Below, in pieces: positions 54,301-62,007 of a stretch of 64,000 nucleotides of DNA; positions within the stretch are counted from its first letter, which is position 1, and every line of letters begins with the position of its first letter. The notes below the pieces were generated by a model that was given only the letters and a program-made list of their open reading frames with translations, made no database searches and had not been told where the DNA came from. A program made the translations under genes and the position numbers. The stretch spans positions 32,118,001-32,182,000 of the forward strand of contig CM119372.1 of assembly GCA_051294905.1 (NCBI GenBank). The letters run 5' to 3'. The DNA comes from Botryllus schlosseri (lineage: Eukaryota).

Positions 54301-56706
54301 CAGGGCCAAGCCCAGAGAAATGGATATAGGTAAGCGGCAGGACGAACATACTACATATGACTTGAGCTAAACTATATACTGCGGGTCACCTATCCGCTGC
54401 GGTAGCACCCACACTGGAAACGCCGAATGGCGAAGGCCGAAGGGGAAAGTTAGGGTGGATTTTGATTATTAGAGGTACACCGGTTCGCAACATTTGTTTT
54501 GCATTTTGACCTATCCCAAAGCTAAAGAAATGTTGAAATCACGGAGCTACAGTAGTGAATTTCCGTTTAAATAACATTACTTCATTTCTAGTTTCATGTG
54601 ATATGAACCATTCGTGACGCTTTAAAGAATACATCTATATAGTTAGCTTCACGCTGTTACATAAAATCTAATTGTCAAGAAACGCCTCAACCCGTCAAAA
54701 TTAGTTTATTGTAATGAATAGTAGATCAATGATAACTGCGTGGTATGTCAACATAATAATTGATAGGTGCACGTCTATAATTGATATTTCGACACGATCT
54801 TTCTTAGATGGCGCGGGTTTTGTAGAAGAGCCAATGCTTGCTAGGGAAACCGATGTGGCATTTGGACAAACTGCAGCAGGTAGGTTTTACAGTGTGAAAT
54901 AGACGATATTGTTTCAAATTAATTCATTTTATATACATAGGTACAGAGTTTCAATCACTGGTTGGTGGTTTTGACATGCTCAACGAACGAGGTATTAATG
55001 ATATTTATAATACTTATCTGTTTTTATGTTTTGACATTAAAATTATGAATGTTTAGGTATAAACAGTCCATCCATACCATATTTTGTTTGTTCATCTTTA
55101 ATATTTTAACCGGATCATAAATATTTTCTCCAGTGTCGGGTTCGTTATCACCCTCGTTTGAAATCATTCAGAGAGATATCTCAGCGATGATTCACACTAT
55201 CCAAAAGAATATTACTGAGCATGGTAAGTCGTTTGTACAGTATTCCTCAAGAATAGGACTTTATGAATACATCCATTGGTATTGAAAATTCGAACGACGG
55301 TTGTTCTTAATTGTCTTGACCTTTCGGCAACCTCTAAAACAGGAGTGGGCAAACTTTTCAGCTCGTGAGCCACATTCAACATTTGAATCCATTCGCCGGC
55401 CACAATATATAAAATTGCGATACTAATCCAAAATTCATTACTGTTATCTGATTATATATAGTGACCGACGACATGGGAATAATAGATATGTGTTTGTATA
55501 TTTAAAGCTAACCAAACATCGATTTGATGATAACATACGCGCGTCAAAAACATTGACAAGAATTTATAAGGAGGTCGTCCTTATTGTCAAAGTTAGGGAT
55601 GAAAGTCGGTTGTCCCGATTCCTAGAACTCGATCTAAACTTGGGTCTGTGAGCAGCGATCTGTTCATACATTTGATGAGTGTAATTTTGGCTTAACTCCA
55701 GGACAGACGATGCTGACAGCATCAAAACCATGTTACATTTAAATACGCTTCTACAATATATGAATATTATAAATACTTCTACACACACGAAGAACGAATC
55801 TATCTAACACTCTTACGAATCGGTTTTTCAAAGTGCAGCACTAAAAGTAATGAACTGGCTCCAGTTGCCAATCTACAATCACACTCATGGTCCGAATTGA
55901 ACCATTTACGTTTCATTTATGTGATGTTTAGCAATTGAAAGCTTTCGAAATGCATGGGTCTCGAGGTCGGGCTATCGTGCCATCAATAAAATACAAAACA
56001 GTACTATGGTAAGAATATAACTAGTCATTATCATGTTGAAATATATTAATAAAAAATTTAATCAAGTACTCATATTAATTTGATTTATAGTACGCAATTC
56101 ATCAATATTTTTACGTTTCTTAAGGCTTTCGCGGGCTGCAAAAACGGCGTTACGGGCGTCATGCGGCCCGAGGGCCGTAGTTTGCCCAATCCTGCTCTAA
56201 ATAGAAAATAGTTCGCGGCACATAAGCTCTTCCGGTGGGTAAAAGATTTTGGAAGGTGATTATGAATAAAATGCCGAGCACCAACGTCTTATCATTGTTT
56301 GTGTTCAACTCCGCATTATGGTGGTGGAAACCAAAAGGTCACACTTACGGCCAAGCCTCAGTGTCATGACCCAACTACCAGTGATGACTTTTTCAGTAAC
56401 CAGATTCTCAAATGCTACTCAGAATTTGAATGTGTTTGATTCTTATTGTAGCCTACTATCTTGACGTCAACCCTCATTACCTCAATTTCGCTAATTCAAT
56501 CGTCGGCCCAGGATGCGGAGGCAGCCTGGCTGGGAACCACTGTCCTGTAATTTCTCCGAATATATTACTTACTTGAAAGTTTGACTTGAACAATTTAAGT
56601 TCAAAAGAGAAGTTTCTATCCAGTCATAATATGTTTTACTTTATTAGGATTACCATATTTTGAGATTCGAGAAAGAAGAGACTTCAACAAGTTACGAAAG
56701 ATATAA
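271..56706 (+). CDS. Multi-exon gene model (27 coding exons, 1926 nt, ~641 aa): uncharacterised secreted, Cys-free, acidic protein with 8 two-exon ~50-aa repeats
   Basis: Manual assembly: ATG plus signal peptide at 271; every internal exon is AG/GT-bounded, a multiple of 3 long, phase 1 and stop-free; 16 exons are mutually homologous; stop at 56704-56706 followed by AATAAA. The exon set may be incomplete and the terminal exon is tentative. Confidence 0.8.
577..591 (+). CDS. Possible 15-nt phase-1 microexon (NIDLN); not counted in the model
   Basis: Strong TTTTTCAG acceptor, weak GTGCAA donor, frame-compatible; no homology support. Confidence 0.25.
699..3544. mobile_element. MITE with TIR TAGGGCTGGGCA and ACTCGA subterminal repeats; hosts 814-3135
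   Basis: Inverted termini; degenerate TSD gcaattag/gtaataag. Confidence 0.65.
814..3135 (+). mobile_element. hAT (Charlie/Buster-like) MITE family A, TIR CAGAGGTCTC
   Basis: Perfect TSD ATATAAGA; GCGGGCCGC subterminal motifs; homologous to the 10479, 43634 and 62008 copies. Confidence 0.9.
3779..3866 (+). pseudogene. Decayed paralog (pseudo-exon) of linker exon 15351-15434
   Basis: Aligns to 15351-15434, but the acceptor reads TTCAA, the donor position reads GA, and there is an in-frame TGA insertion. Confidence 0.65.
3935..4027 (+). CDS. Module 1 exon a: xANGLSADREEPRKGFLSNIFGQLKPTELLA
   Basis: TTTAG/GTACGA, 93 nt; paralog of 15495-15587. Confidence 0.85.
4096..4155 (+). CDS. Module 1 exon b: STSTKLQGFGNRMAAALQNS
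   Basis: TTGCAG/GTGTGT, 60 nt; paralog of 15658-15717. Confidence 0.85.
4299..5252 (+). mobile_element. hAT MITE family B, TIR CAGTGGTTCCCAACC; contains a SINE
   Basis: TSD atatagta/acatagta; homologous to the 8345 and 16202 copies. Confidence 0.9.
4894..5142 (-). mobile_element. tRNA-derived SINE with (CAAA)n tail
   Basis: Minus-strand A box TAGCGTAGTGG and B box GGTTCGAGTCC; absent from the other family B copies. Confidence 0.8.
6168..7769 (+). mobile_element. MITE with TIR CAGAGTTGGATCAAT and (CAATTA)n arrays; nested 7024-7338 MITE
   Basis: TSD CTACCCAC; nested TSD GTTTAGCC. Confidence 0.9.
8345..9041 (-). mobile_element. MITE family B (inverted)
   Basis: TSD GTTTAGTA on both sides. 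Confidence 0.9.
9914..10015 (+). CDS. Module 2 exon a: DQEDSPSVSVDESPHGEAIVPKDAGKLGSEELFA
   Basis: TTTTAG/GTGAGT, 102 nt; paralog of 19954-20055. Confidence 0.85.
10090..10137 (+). CDS. Module 2 exon b: SAKDIQTGMADMLQTL
   Basis: TTTTAG/GTACGT, 48 nt; paralog of 20130-20192. Confidence 0.85.
   Translation, partial: RQRTFKQEWQICYKR
10479..11985 (+). mobile_element. MITE family A
   Basis: TSD CTTTAGAA on both sides. Confidence 0.9.
11019..11589. mobile_element. Long-TIR (~75 bp) foldback element nested in family A
   Basis: AATCTCACGGCTCAGTGAAATTGG...TTGACGGTA has its inverted counterpart at about 11510-11585; ends approximate. Confidence 0.7.
12352..12423 (-). mobile_element. tRNA-like SINE head fragment
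   Basis: Minus-strand CAGCGTAGCGG (A-box-like) and CCCGGGTTCTATTCC (B-box-like); no intact cloverleaf. Confidence 0.45.
13030..13224 (+). mobile_element. Short (CAATTA)n MITE (another inverted copy at ~31856-32033)
   Basis: TSD gttcacaa/gtgcacaa. Confidence 0.85.
13602..14099. mobile_element. MITE with (GGAGTC)n subterminal arrays
   Basis: CAGAACTGTGGAGTCG...CGACTCCACAGCCCTG; TSD attataac/attgtaac. Confidence 0.85.
14643..14738 (+). CDS. Module 3 exon a: DQKGTMTALDKGSLPEMRTGFLGDMDSDQLLN
   Basis: TTCAG/GTGTGA, 96 nt; same repeat motif. Confidence 0.85.
14805..14870 (+). CDS. Module 3 exon b: AAKGVLLTGDNPVSMRTIRQQP
   Basis: TTTCAG/GTATGA, 66 nt. Confidence 0.85.
15351..15434 (+). CDS. Linker exon: ESQVMVDSQAFDADLSTSNSQNSPVDAP
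   Basis: TTCAG/GTAATG, 84 nt, phase 1, stop-free; 60-nt intron to the next exon. Confidence 0.7.
15495..15587 (+). CDS. Module 4 exon a: AVVALAAAEDKSREEFLSGLFEQLNPKELLA
   Basis: TTCAG/GTGCGA, 93 nt. Confidence 0.85.
15658..15717 (+). CDS. Module 4 exon b: STGSNLQGIGERIAAALQTT
   Basis: TTGCAG/GTATGC, 60 nt. Confidence 0.85.
16202..17559 (+). mobile_element. MITE family B with nested family C
   Basis: TSD ATTTAGAC on both sides. Confidence 0.9.
16774..17396 (-). mobile_element. MITE family C, TIR TAGGGATGGTGTGAAC, GTGAAC/GTTCAC subterminal repeats
   Basis: TSD CTTAACAG on both sides. Confidence 0.9.
19954..20055 (+). CDS. Module 5 exon a: DEQGRLAASADESPESDGLLPVISQILDSKQLLA
   Basis: ATCAG/GTGAGT, 102 nt. 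Confidence 0.85.
20130..20192 (+). CDS. Module 5 exon b: SAKDIQSRGIQAGIEHVLQEL
   Basis: TTTTAG/GTATGT, 63 nt. Confidence 0.85.
   Translation, partial: RRKTSNQEGFKQGLNTSYKS
20300..20741. mobile_element. GC-rich-ended MITE, TIR CAGTGGTGGC
   Basis: TSD ACGATAAA on both sides. Confidence 0.9.
20914..21068 (-). mobile_element. Diverged copy of the same SINE
   Basis: Shares GAGCCTAGATAAAC, GAGTCGACCTC and ATACCACT.CGCTATCT with 4894-5142. Confidence 0.7.
23059..24408. mobile_element. hAT MITE with GGGGGCGA subterminal repeats
   Basis: TSD GTGTAGCC on both sides. Confidence 0.9.
24813..25863 (+). pseudogene. Transposase pseudogene, N-terminal part (hATm-like)
   Basis: KLPTLRQVLQY, LDTLWDI, FYEDQ..SR, LDRLKLTDNQA, SRSSIKRHR and IHWNGKL motifs with stops and frameshifts; family assignment from recalled motifs, not a search. 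Confidence 0.7.
26497..27412. mobile_element. hAT MITE with TGGCTCTT subterminal motifs
   Basis: TSD agctcggt/agctaggt. Confidence 0.85.
30942..31356. mobile_element. MITE with TIR TAGGGCAAGTTTTTG and GCAACTTT repeats
   Basis: TSD ctgattac/ctgattat; inverted relative at 45849-46435. Confidence 0.8.
32754..32849 (+). CDS. Module 6 exon a: xSDGTPFGTDEHSVRDILSEVLGTLDSSNMLD
   Basis: TTCAG/GTACGA, 96 nt. Confidence 0.85.
32914..32976 (+). CDS. Module 6 exon b: TAKNILSRDVLESMRAILQNR (CAGCAG tandem acceptor)
   Basis: TTTCAG/GTATGT, 63 nt. Confidence 0.85.
33465..33545 (+). CDS. Module 7 exon a (MITE-truncated): DDSADLSAVDEGSALEMLRNVHGQIHE
   Basis: TTTCAG acceptor; donor G/GTGGTC lies inside the MITE TIR; 81 nt. 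Confidence 0.8.
33541..34780 (+). mobile_element. Old (AGTAGA)n MITE family D inserted in module 7 exon a
   Basis: Reverse-complement homology to 60396-61700 along its length; left TSD CAAATACA, right ataataca. Confidence 0.85.
34873..34935 (+). CDS. Module 7 exon b: AAKNILPRNIPEAIAAIMQHP
   Basis: TTTCAG/GTATGA, 63 nt. Confidence 0.85.
35101..38280 (+). mobile_element. MITE family C with nested 36089-38232
   Basis: TSD GTTCGTAT on both sides. Confidence 0.9.
36089..38232. mobile_element. MITE with TIR CAGACATGGGGT and (GTAATC)n subterminal arrays; contains further inserts
   Basis: TSD GTTCACAC on both sides. Confidence 0.9.
38574..38654 (+). CDS. Module 8 exon a (MITE-truncated): DDRAGLPAVEEESVLQTLQNLHGQIHE
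   Basis: CTTCAG acceptor; donor G/GTGATC inside the MITE TIR; 81 nt; paralog of 33465-33545. Confidence 0.8.
39429..40379 (+). mobile_element. TA-TSD MITE, TIR GGGGAGATGTGGTACCGATGGATC
   Basis: TA duplication confirmed against empty sites in the other family D copies. Confidence 0.9.
40421..42941. mobile_element. hAT MITE, TIR CAGTGGTTCTTAACC
   Basis: TSD GTTTAGAT on both sides. Confidence 0.9.
41291..42251 (-). mobile_element. Second copy of the TA-TSD MITE, inverted
   Basis: Same TIRs; reverse-complement match to 39429-40379. Confidence 0.9.
43389..43451 (+). CDS. Module 8 exon b: AANNILPKDFLESVTAILRNP
   Basis: TTTCAG/GTATGA, 63 nt. Confidence 0.85.
43634..44849 (+). mobile_element. MITE family A
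   Basis: TSD ATCTAAAG on both sides. Confidence 0.9.
45849..46435. mobile_element. MITE of the same family as 30942-31356
   Basis: TSD gtccttac/gtctttac. Confidence 0.8.
46690..46746 (+). CDS. Exon: DKISEESVFQGRPWEEDKQ
   Basis: TTTCAG/GTTTGG, 57 nt, phase 1, acidic. Confidence 0.65.
47695..47733 (+). CDS. Exon: VMEQLKYPYEEEF
   Basis: TTTTTTCCAG/GTAAGG, 39 nt, phase 1. Confidence 0.7.
48062..48959 (+). mobile_element. MITE family E, TIR CAGTGTTGGGAT, GACTCGAGTC/CAAGT arrays
   Basis: TSD ATTCCTAG on both sides. Confidence 0.9.
49380..49670 (+). pseudogene. 3' remnant of a non-LTR retrotransposon ORF2 (I-group-like C-terminal CCHC zinc knuckle)
   Basis: RLQTGHWKLNGHLHRIG...C-x2-C...ETVEHFLLQC..Y...R is typical of the region after RNase H. 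Confidence 0.8.
49722..50928. mobile_element. MITE, TIR TAGGGTTCTGGTTTAAATC
   Basis: TSD GCCGTAGC on both sides. Confidence 0.9.
51346..51396 (+). CDS. Exon: GQNMETWEEPDWREAEI
   Basis: TTTCAG/GTGAGA, 51 nt, phase 1; WEE motif as in the 46690 exon. Confidence 0.7.
   Translation, partial: VKIWKHGRSPTGEKLK
51858..51893 (+). CDS. Exon: ELEWFKPQLREQ
   Basis: TTACAG/GTAAGA, 36 nt, phase 1. Confidence 0.65.
52055..53379 (-). mobile_element. MITE family E (inverted, left TIR partly deleted) with nested (AATCC)n MITE 52516-52941
   Basis: TSD TCACAGCC (52047-52054 and 53380-53387); nested TSD GTGGGTAG. Confidence 0.85.
53386..53448 (+). CDS. Exon: APMFEKENSLLIDEEPIKLST
   Basis: TCACAG/GTAAGT, 63 nt, phase 1; the acceptor lies within a MITE target-site duplication. 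Confidence 0.7.
54062..54470 (+). mobile_element. Probable tRNA-headed SINE interrupted by a 119-bp MITE (54135-54253)
   Basis: A-box-like GTAGCTCAGTGG; MITE TIR CAGACTTGGAC, TSD gtcgttac/gccgttac. Confidence 0.5.
54808..54879 (+). CDS. Exon: YGAGFVEEPMLARETDVAFGQTAA
   Basis: TTTCTTAG/GTAGGT, 72 nt, phase 1. Confidence 0.75.
54941..54991 (+). CDS. Exon: GTEFQSLVGGFDMLNER
   Basis: CATAG/GTATTA, 51 nt, after a 61-nt intron. Confidence 0.7.
55134..55223 (+). CDS. Exon: VSGSLSPSFEIIQRDISAMIHTIQKNITEH
   Basis: TTTTCTCCAG/GTAAGT, 90 nt, phase 1. Confidence 0.75.
55340..56194. mobile_element. hAT MITE, TIR CAGGAGTGGGCAAAC
   Basis: TSD ctctaaaa/ctctaaat. Confidence 0.85.
56648..56706 (+). CDS. 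Candidate terminal coding exon: GLPYFEIRERRDFNKLRKI*
   Basis: TTTATTAG acceptor; in-frame TAA TAG double stop; AATAAA at 56767 and 56853. Confidence 0.5.
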
Positions 56707-56750
56707 TAGGGTACGAGAAAACAGGCAATTTATAAACTGTTACGGAAAAT

Positions 56751-56922
56751 ATTATTGGGTTTGACTAATAAAAATATCATTTTCCCAATCAATTCAAGAA
56801 AGACCCGCTCCCACATAAAATCAGTTAGCGTTGACCATTATTGGGTTTGACTAATAAAAATATCATTTTTCCAATCAATTCAAGAAAGACCCGCTCCCAC
56901 ATAAAATCGGTTAGCGTTGACC
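56751..56922 (+). repeat. Direct tandem duplication of ~86 bp, each copy containing AATAAA
   Basis: ATTATTGGGTTTGACTAATAAAA...GTTAGCGTTGACC occurs twice. Confidence 0.9.
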
Positions 56923-56957
56923 TTTCTTCAGTCAACCTTGCCGTCACTGCTGTCGAA

Positions 56958-58111
56958 TAGGGATGGTGTGAACCTCAGAAAGGTTCAGGTTCGTGTGAAC
57001 GCGAACCTTTTTGAAAGGTTCTGTGTGAACGCGAACGTGAACCTCATGACGTCACTTGACGTCATATTGCTAATTCCAACCTCACAGTTCAGTGAAATGA
57101 TATATTAATGTACACGATACCTAGAGACGACTCAGACCACATAATGCCACTATGCTGAAGTACAAATTGACGTTAATAACGTCGTCAAATGCATCCACTG
57201 GGCAATCAAATAGTATAATAAACCCATGAAATCAATATCTTCCATGACTTTGCCTACCATTTCAACGAGGACTTGCAAGGGAATATAAGCTTGCCCATAA
57301 CGGTCTATGCCAGACCGTACAATGTATTCGGCGTCTGGGTATTGCGACGTTTATATTGAGCAGAGTGTAAAACGGGTTTCTATACTTGCTACCGATATTA
57401 CCCCACTAACAAGTTATGCAGCAGTAGCCAACACCGCAATCGCACGGATTTTGTTTTTATGATACAATAACCATGCGAAGCCAAGATTGACCCCGTACAC
57501 CAGCTAGATTTTTTACATCTGACAACGATATCAATTCCATTGATTGGTCGTATAAGCATCATTCGCTGACTAGCGTATTTCGCTCTTGATGTTGTGTGTC
57601 GTTGCGGGTCAAGCTCACAGCAGAGAGTCAACTATATATTCACAAACGGAAAGCTGGTTTGTTTGTTTGTTTGACGTATTCATGGTGTTTATCGACTACT
57701 ATGGTAATTTACACAAGGCTAATCTCTTCATTTTATTCCGTAACTGCCGACTTGTAGTAGCACGACCCACTTCTAGGCTTTTTATATGACACCGCTGACA
57801 CGGTGAATATGGAAAGCTGGTGATCTCGAGCAAACTTTTGTAACAAATCAAGAAAAATTTTTGAGATTGTCAAAGTATGCATGCTCATTTTGTATTGATT
57901 TTCTTATTCTGCAAGCGCCATGCATAGAGTGGCCCGCAGTTGAAATGCAATAAATTTCAACCAACGATGTTATAATGAAGTGAAAATTGTAACATATAAA
58001 ACATGTTCACGGTGCAGAACCTACCATGGTTCATTTGTGAACGTGAACCTCTAAATTTATGAGGTTCACACACAAAATGCGAACGTGAACCTCACGTTCA
58101 TACCATCCCTA
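56958..58111 (+). mobile_element. MITE family C with an inserted SINE 3' fragment
   Basis: TIRs present; TSD ctgtcgaa/ccatcgaa; homologous to the 35101 copy. Confidence 0.85.
57658..57810 (-). mobile_element. 5'-truncated SINE copy
   Basis: (GTTT)n tail; 10-bp TSD GGAAAGCTGG; empty site at ~35828. Confidence 0.8.
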
Positions 58112-58535
58112 CCATCGAAGTCCAGATTTCAAATCGTTCATGGCACTTTTAGTTGTCCGTGTACAATAGCTTGGCTCTCAAAGCTATGAAGAAAGACATA
58201 TTGTAAAAAAGGTAGAATATCTCAAGATACATTTTGATTTTTTCAAATATCGGCGCTCAACCAACGACATAACAACGACGACATTGCGGCACCGGTAAAG
58301 CGGTAATAAGCTTGACACACAGATATACCCAGTGGTTGAGCACGAGTACCGTTCGCGGTAGCACGCCCACCTACCATAAATTAGGGTTCCGGTATCATAA
58401 AATGCAGTCCCGTCATAATATGGGTTGCCAACCATCTAAAATTCATTCTTTATCTTCACCGTATCGGCAAAGTACAACAATGAAGAAATGAGTTTCTCGA
58501 AGCGTTGAGAAGCGACGACGCATTACTTCTTAATC

Positions 58536-59976
58536 TAGGGTTGCATTTAAAACAAAAACCAATTTAAAACAGACATGTTTAAACCAAGGCCCTAATTTAA
58601 AACATGCTTTTTTTTTTTAGAGCCACGACTTCACGAATATTCAATTGAGACGTCATAGTGGAATGACATTGACAATTGAAAATATAGGGTTAATATATCT
58701 CTTTTGACGAAATATATGTACTATTGCTGTTGAACCAACTATTTTGAAGGTTCCAACCATCCCATATCGATATGCGTCGGCTATATCGGGTGGTAATTGT
58801 AAGTAGGCTCCTGCAACAGGTTTTTTGTAAAGTATTCACACAATTATGGCATAATTTTACAACTTATAAAAAACACATTTTTTAGAAAAGGCCTTTATTT
58901 AAAACACTGTCTAAAACAGGGGCCGCCAACTCAAAACGCGTCGCGGGCCACTTTTCAAATTTCGTAAAGGCCGCGAGCCGCATGAATTCGATATCGATGA
59001 AAAATAGGCAACAACGTTCTAAAACTCTAAGTCAATACAACGGTTAGCTACCTAACATAGGTGATGGGAATATTGACCACAAAAGAAATAATATTTTATT
59101 AAAGGAATACAAATAAAACAAAAAATCACTATCATCAACATTATTTTATTTTGAACTGTGAGCTGTGCACGATACCTGGAAACGATTTTCAGCGACTATG
59201 GAATCAGTATTGGGACTAGCGAGATACGTGACTATAGCTGAAAGGCAATCTCCACGTAAAGCTTAATCTTGTTGGGAAGCCCTAAGCCAGTGGATCTCAA
59301 ACTTTTTTAGACACGGCCGGCCCCCTTTATGATACTGAAAAATCGTCATATCACGAAATGCAACCAGAATGCTAGCAATCCAAACAGCTAGTTTGATGGC
59401 ATGGAAGGTTATGATTGTCGATAAGAGAATTCTATAAGATAAATTCCGGACTATACACAGAGCAATAACTATGAATTAAAGGTAAATCGCGCCAAGCGCG
59501 AAAAATTTTTGAGTTGAGCGCATCCCCGCCTCCGCATCAGATGCTTTCGCGCCCCCACAAGGGGCGCGCTCTCCACAGTTTGGGAACCACTGCCCTGAGC
59601 CGTTTTCTAAGCGTCTCGGTCTTGGCAGTGTTTGGGCCATTGCAAGTCAAGACAATATGCCCATTCATATCAACGGATTATCCCTCGATGGAATGTTGTT
59701 GCCATCACCACAGCCGTTTTAGCTAGTAACGAATAGTGATATTGGGCACATAAGAATAGCTTATTTATAAACAACAACAACGACATGTTTAAACTGTTGT
59801 CAATTTCAGCATTTCAAATTGGATTTCTTAGCTTTCCTCCGAAATCTCAAATCAGCTCGCGGGCCGCAGAATAAGACTCGGCGGGCGGCATGCGGCCCGC
59901 GTGTTGGTGACCCCTGGTCTAAAACATGTTTTGAACAAATTGTTTTAAAACACCGATTGTTTTAAATGCAACCCTA
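58536..59976. mobile_element. Three-level nest: TAGGGTTGCATT MITE > 58917-59916 > 59288-59592
   Basis: TSDs tcttaatc/tctaaata, GTCTAAAA and ccctaagc/ccctgagc; the innermost is homologous to 7024-7338. Confidence 0.85.
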
Positions 59977-60395
59977 TCTAAATAAAGTATAGATCAATGA
60001 TGTCCAGCCTGCGTCTGTCATTGAAAAATTGATATGCGGCTGTTGACATGAAATTCAATAAGCGATTTCATGAGGAAATTGGCTGTTGCAAAAATGTTTA
60101 TGTAGATCCACAAAGTTGTATGTTCCTTTATCGATACTTCAAAAATTTGGGAACTCAGAAAGGCCATAAATCGTCTTGACACAATAATGGTTTCTCATTC
60201 TGAGCGACTTCAAATTTTCGTCGTCAGATGGCCTACTCTAAGAAATATCACATCGTAAACAACACGAACGTGTCTCACCGTATATCATTCAGCAATATGC
60301 TGATTGTCGGAGATTCTCTGTTTATCTTCGACACTATTACTTTCACATTTTACTACTTATGAAAGCTATTGTCTTCCCAAAATATGCGTACTAAA

Positions 60396-61700
60396 CAGAG
60401 GTGGTCAGTAACGAAGTACTTCTACTTTTTAGAAGTACTCAAGTAGTTTTCCTCTACTTCTGGTACTTACTCAAGTAGATATGATTTTCTCTACTTCTAC
60501 TTCTACTTCATAATATTTTGTGATCTACTTACTTACTTTTCGCTATTTCCAGTTTGTCAAGTAGAAGTAGTTTAATCCCCCAATACGAAAGATAGTCTGA
60601 GGAATTTCGGGGCTGTTTACACGGAGTACCAACATTTAATATTCATAAAAGTCAAGTAAAGCCCAGAAATTTTGTTACGCTTCGCGCACAGTAGTTATGG
60701 AATGACATGTATGTTTTCACAAAAGTGTCAGTGAATATAATTTAGGTACCGGATTGCTTATGGTTCCGCTCACACCGCATTGTCGCCCATATCAAATATT
60801 TCATCACAGTAAATATGGATCACCATAACGTTTGAAACTACCGTTTCGCAATCTAGCAATTACCTATCCTATCGTTATCTAGCAGCCGATGACGTGATGT
60901 ACTGCTAATCTGGTAAATTCGGCTTTTTGGAACGTTACACCTGTTTTAGCAGATCACCTTTGAAGCTTTAAGCTTTATGGACAAAAGACATGGAATTTAT
61001 TTTCCGCTTTTTAGAAGTGGTATTTGTATTTCACTTTCAATTCCGAGTATGATACTCGGAGTATCATACTTTGAGTTCTAAGTACTTTCAATTCTTTTGT
61101 CTGCAGAACAAACATGTTGAAGCATAAAAGCTAGAGTAGCAATGCCTCTATTTTCCGAAAATAAAGCTACGCTAAATATAAATTTTACGATCCACAATAT
61201 TTGTTATTAACGTATACTAATCGTGCAAAGTGTTGAAACCGCATCCGATACAACTTCTCCGTATTGCTCTTCGCCTAAACTTAGGGTCTTATAATATGGG
61301 TAAGGGCGCCATGCCATGCTCTAAAAGTAGTAAACAAAGGTAAACAAAGGGTTAGTATAGCATTTTCATATCAATACTATAATTTGCATCCCATGATGCG
61401 AAAGAATTCTTAGTCTGCCGAAAATTGATACCTCCTGGGATGTATCAATACGAATCAAGCTCTCTGCACCTTCCGCATAGCTCAATTTGCAGCTTTTGAC
61501 GGTCCATGCGAACGAATTAAGATTGTTTTCAAAACTACTTACTTACTTGAGTAGATTTAAAGTCAGACAATTCTACTTCTACTTCAAGTAGTTTTAGGTG
61601 GCTTATATAAGAAGTACTTCTACTCGTACTTGAGTAGATTTTTTCGTCGCTACTTCTACTTCTACTTGAGTAGCTTTCTTGACTACTTTGACCACCTCTG
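60396..61700 (-). mobile_element. Intact family D MITE, TIR CAGAGGTGGTCA
   Basis: TSD GTACTAAA on both sides. Confidence 0.9.
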
Positions 61701-62007
61701 GTACTAAATAAAATGAAGCTCATCCGCAAATAAGGCACGAACTGGTAATCGCTTATGTGTATGAGACGGTCCACCATAGATAATCATGTATCCTTCACGC
61801 GGCGAGTAGCTATGGTTGTAACAATGAAGTTTTGGAAAAAAGATAAAATCGCGACATGTAAATTTGGTTCGAACCCGGCCACAACGTGACAGGTTTGACC
61901 CCAAAACCAAAGTCAGATTACAGCGGGATTGGTGCCGCAATTGAGCCTGCAAACCGATACAAGTGTCCGACTTTTGGCCGATTTAATCCCGCAACATTTA
62001 CCTAAGT

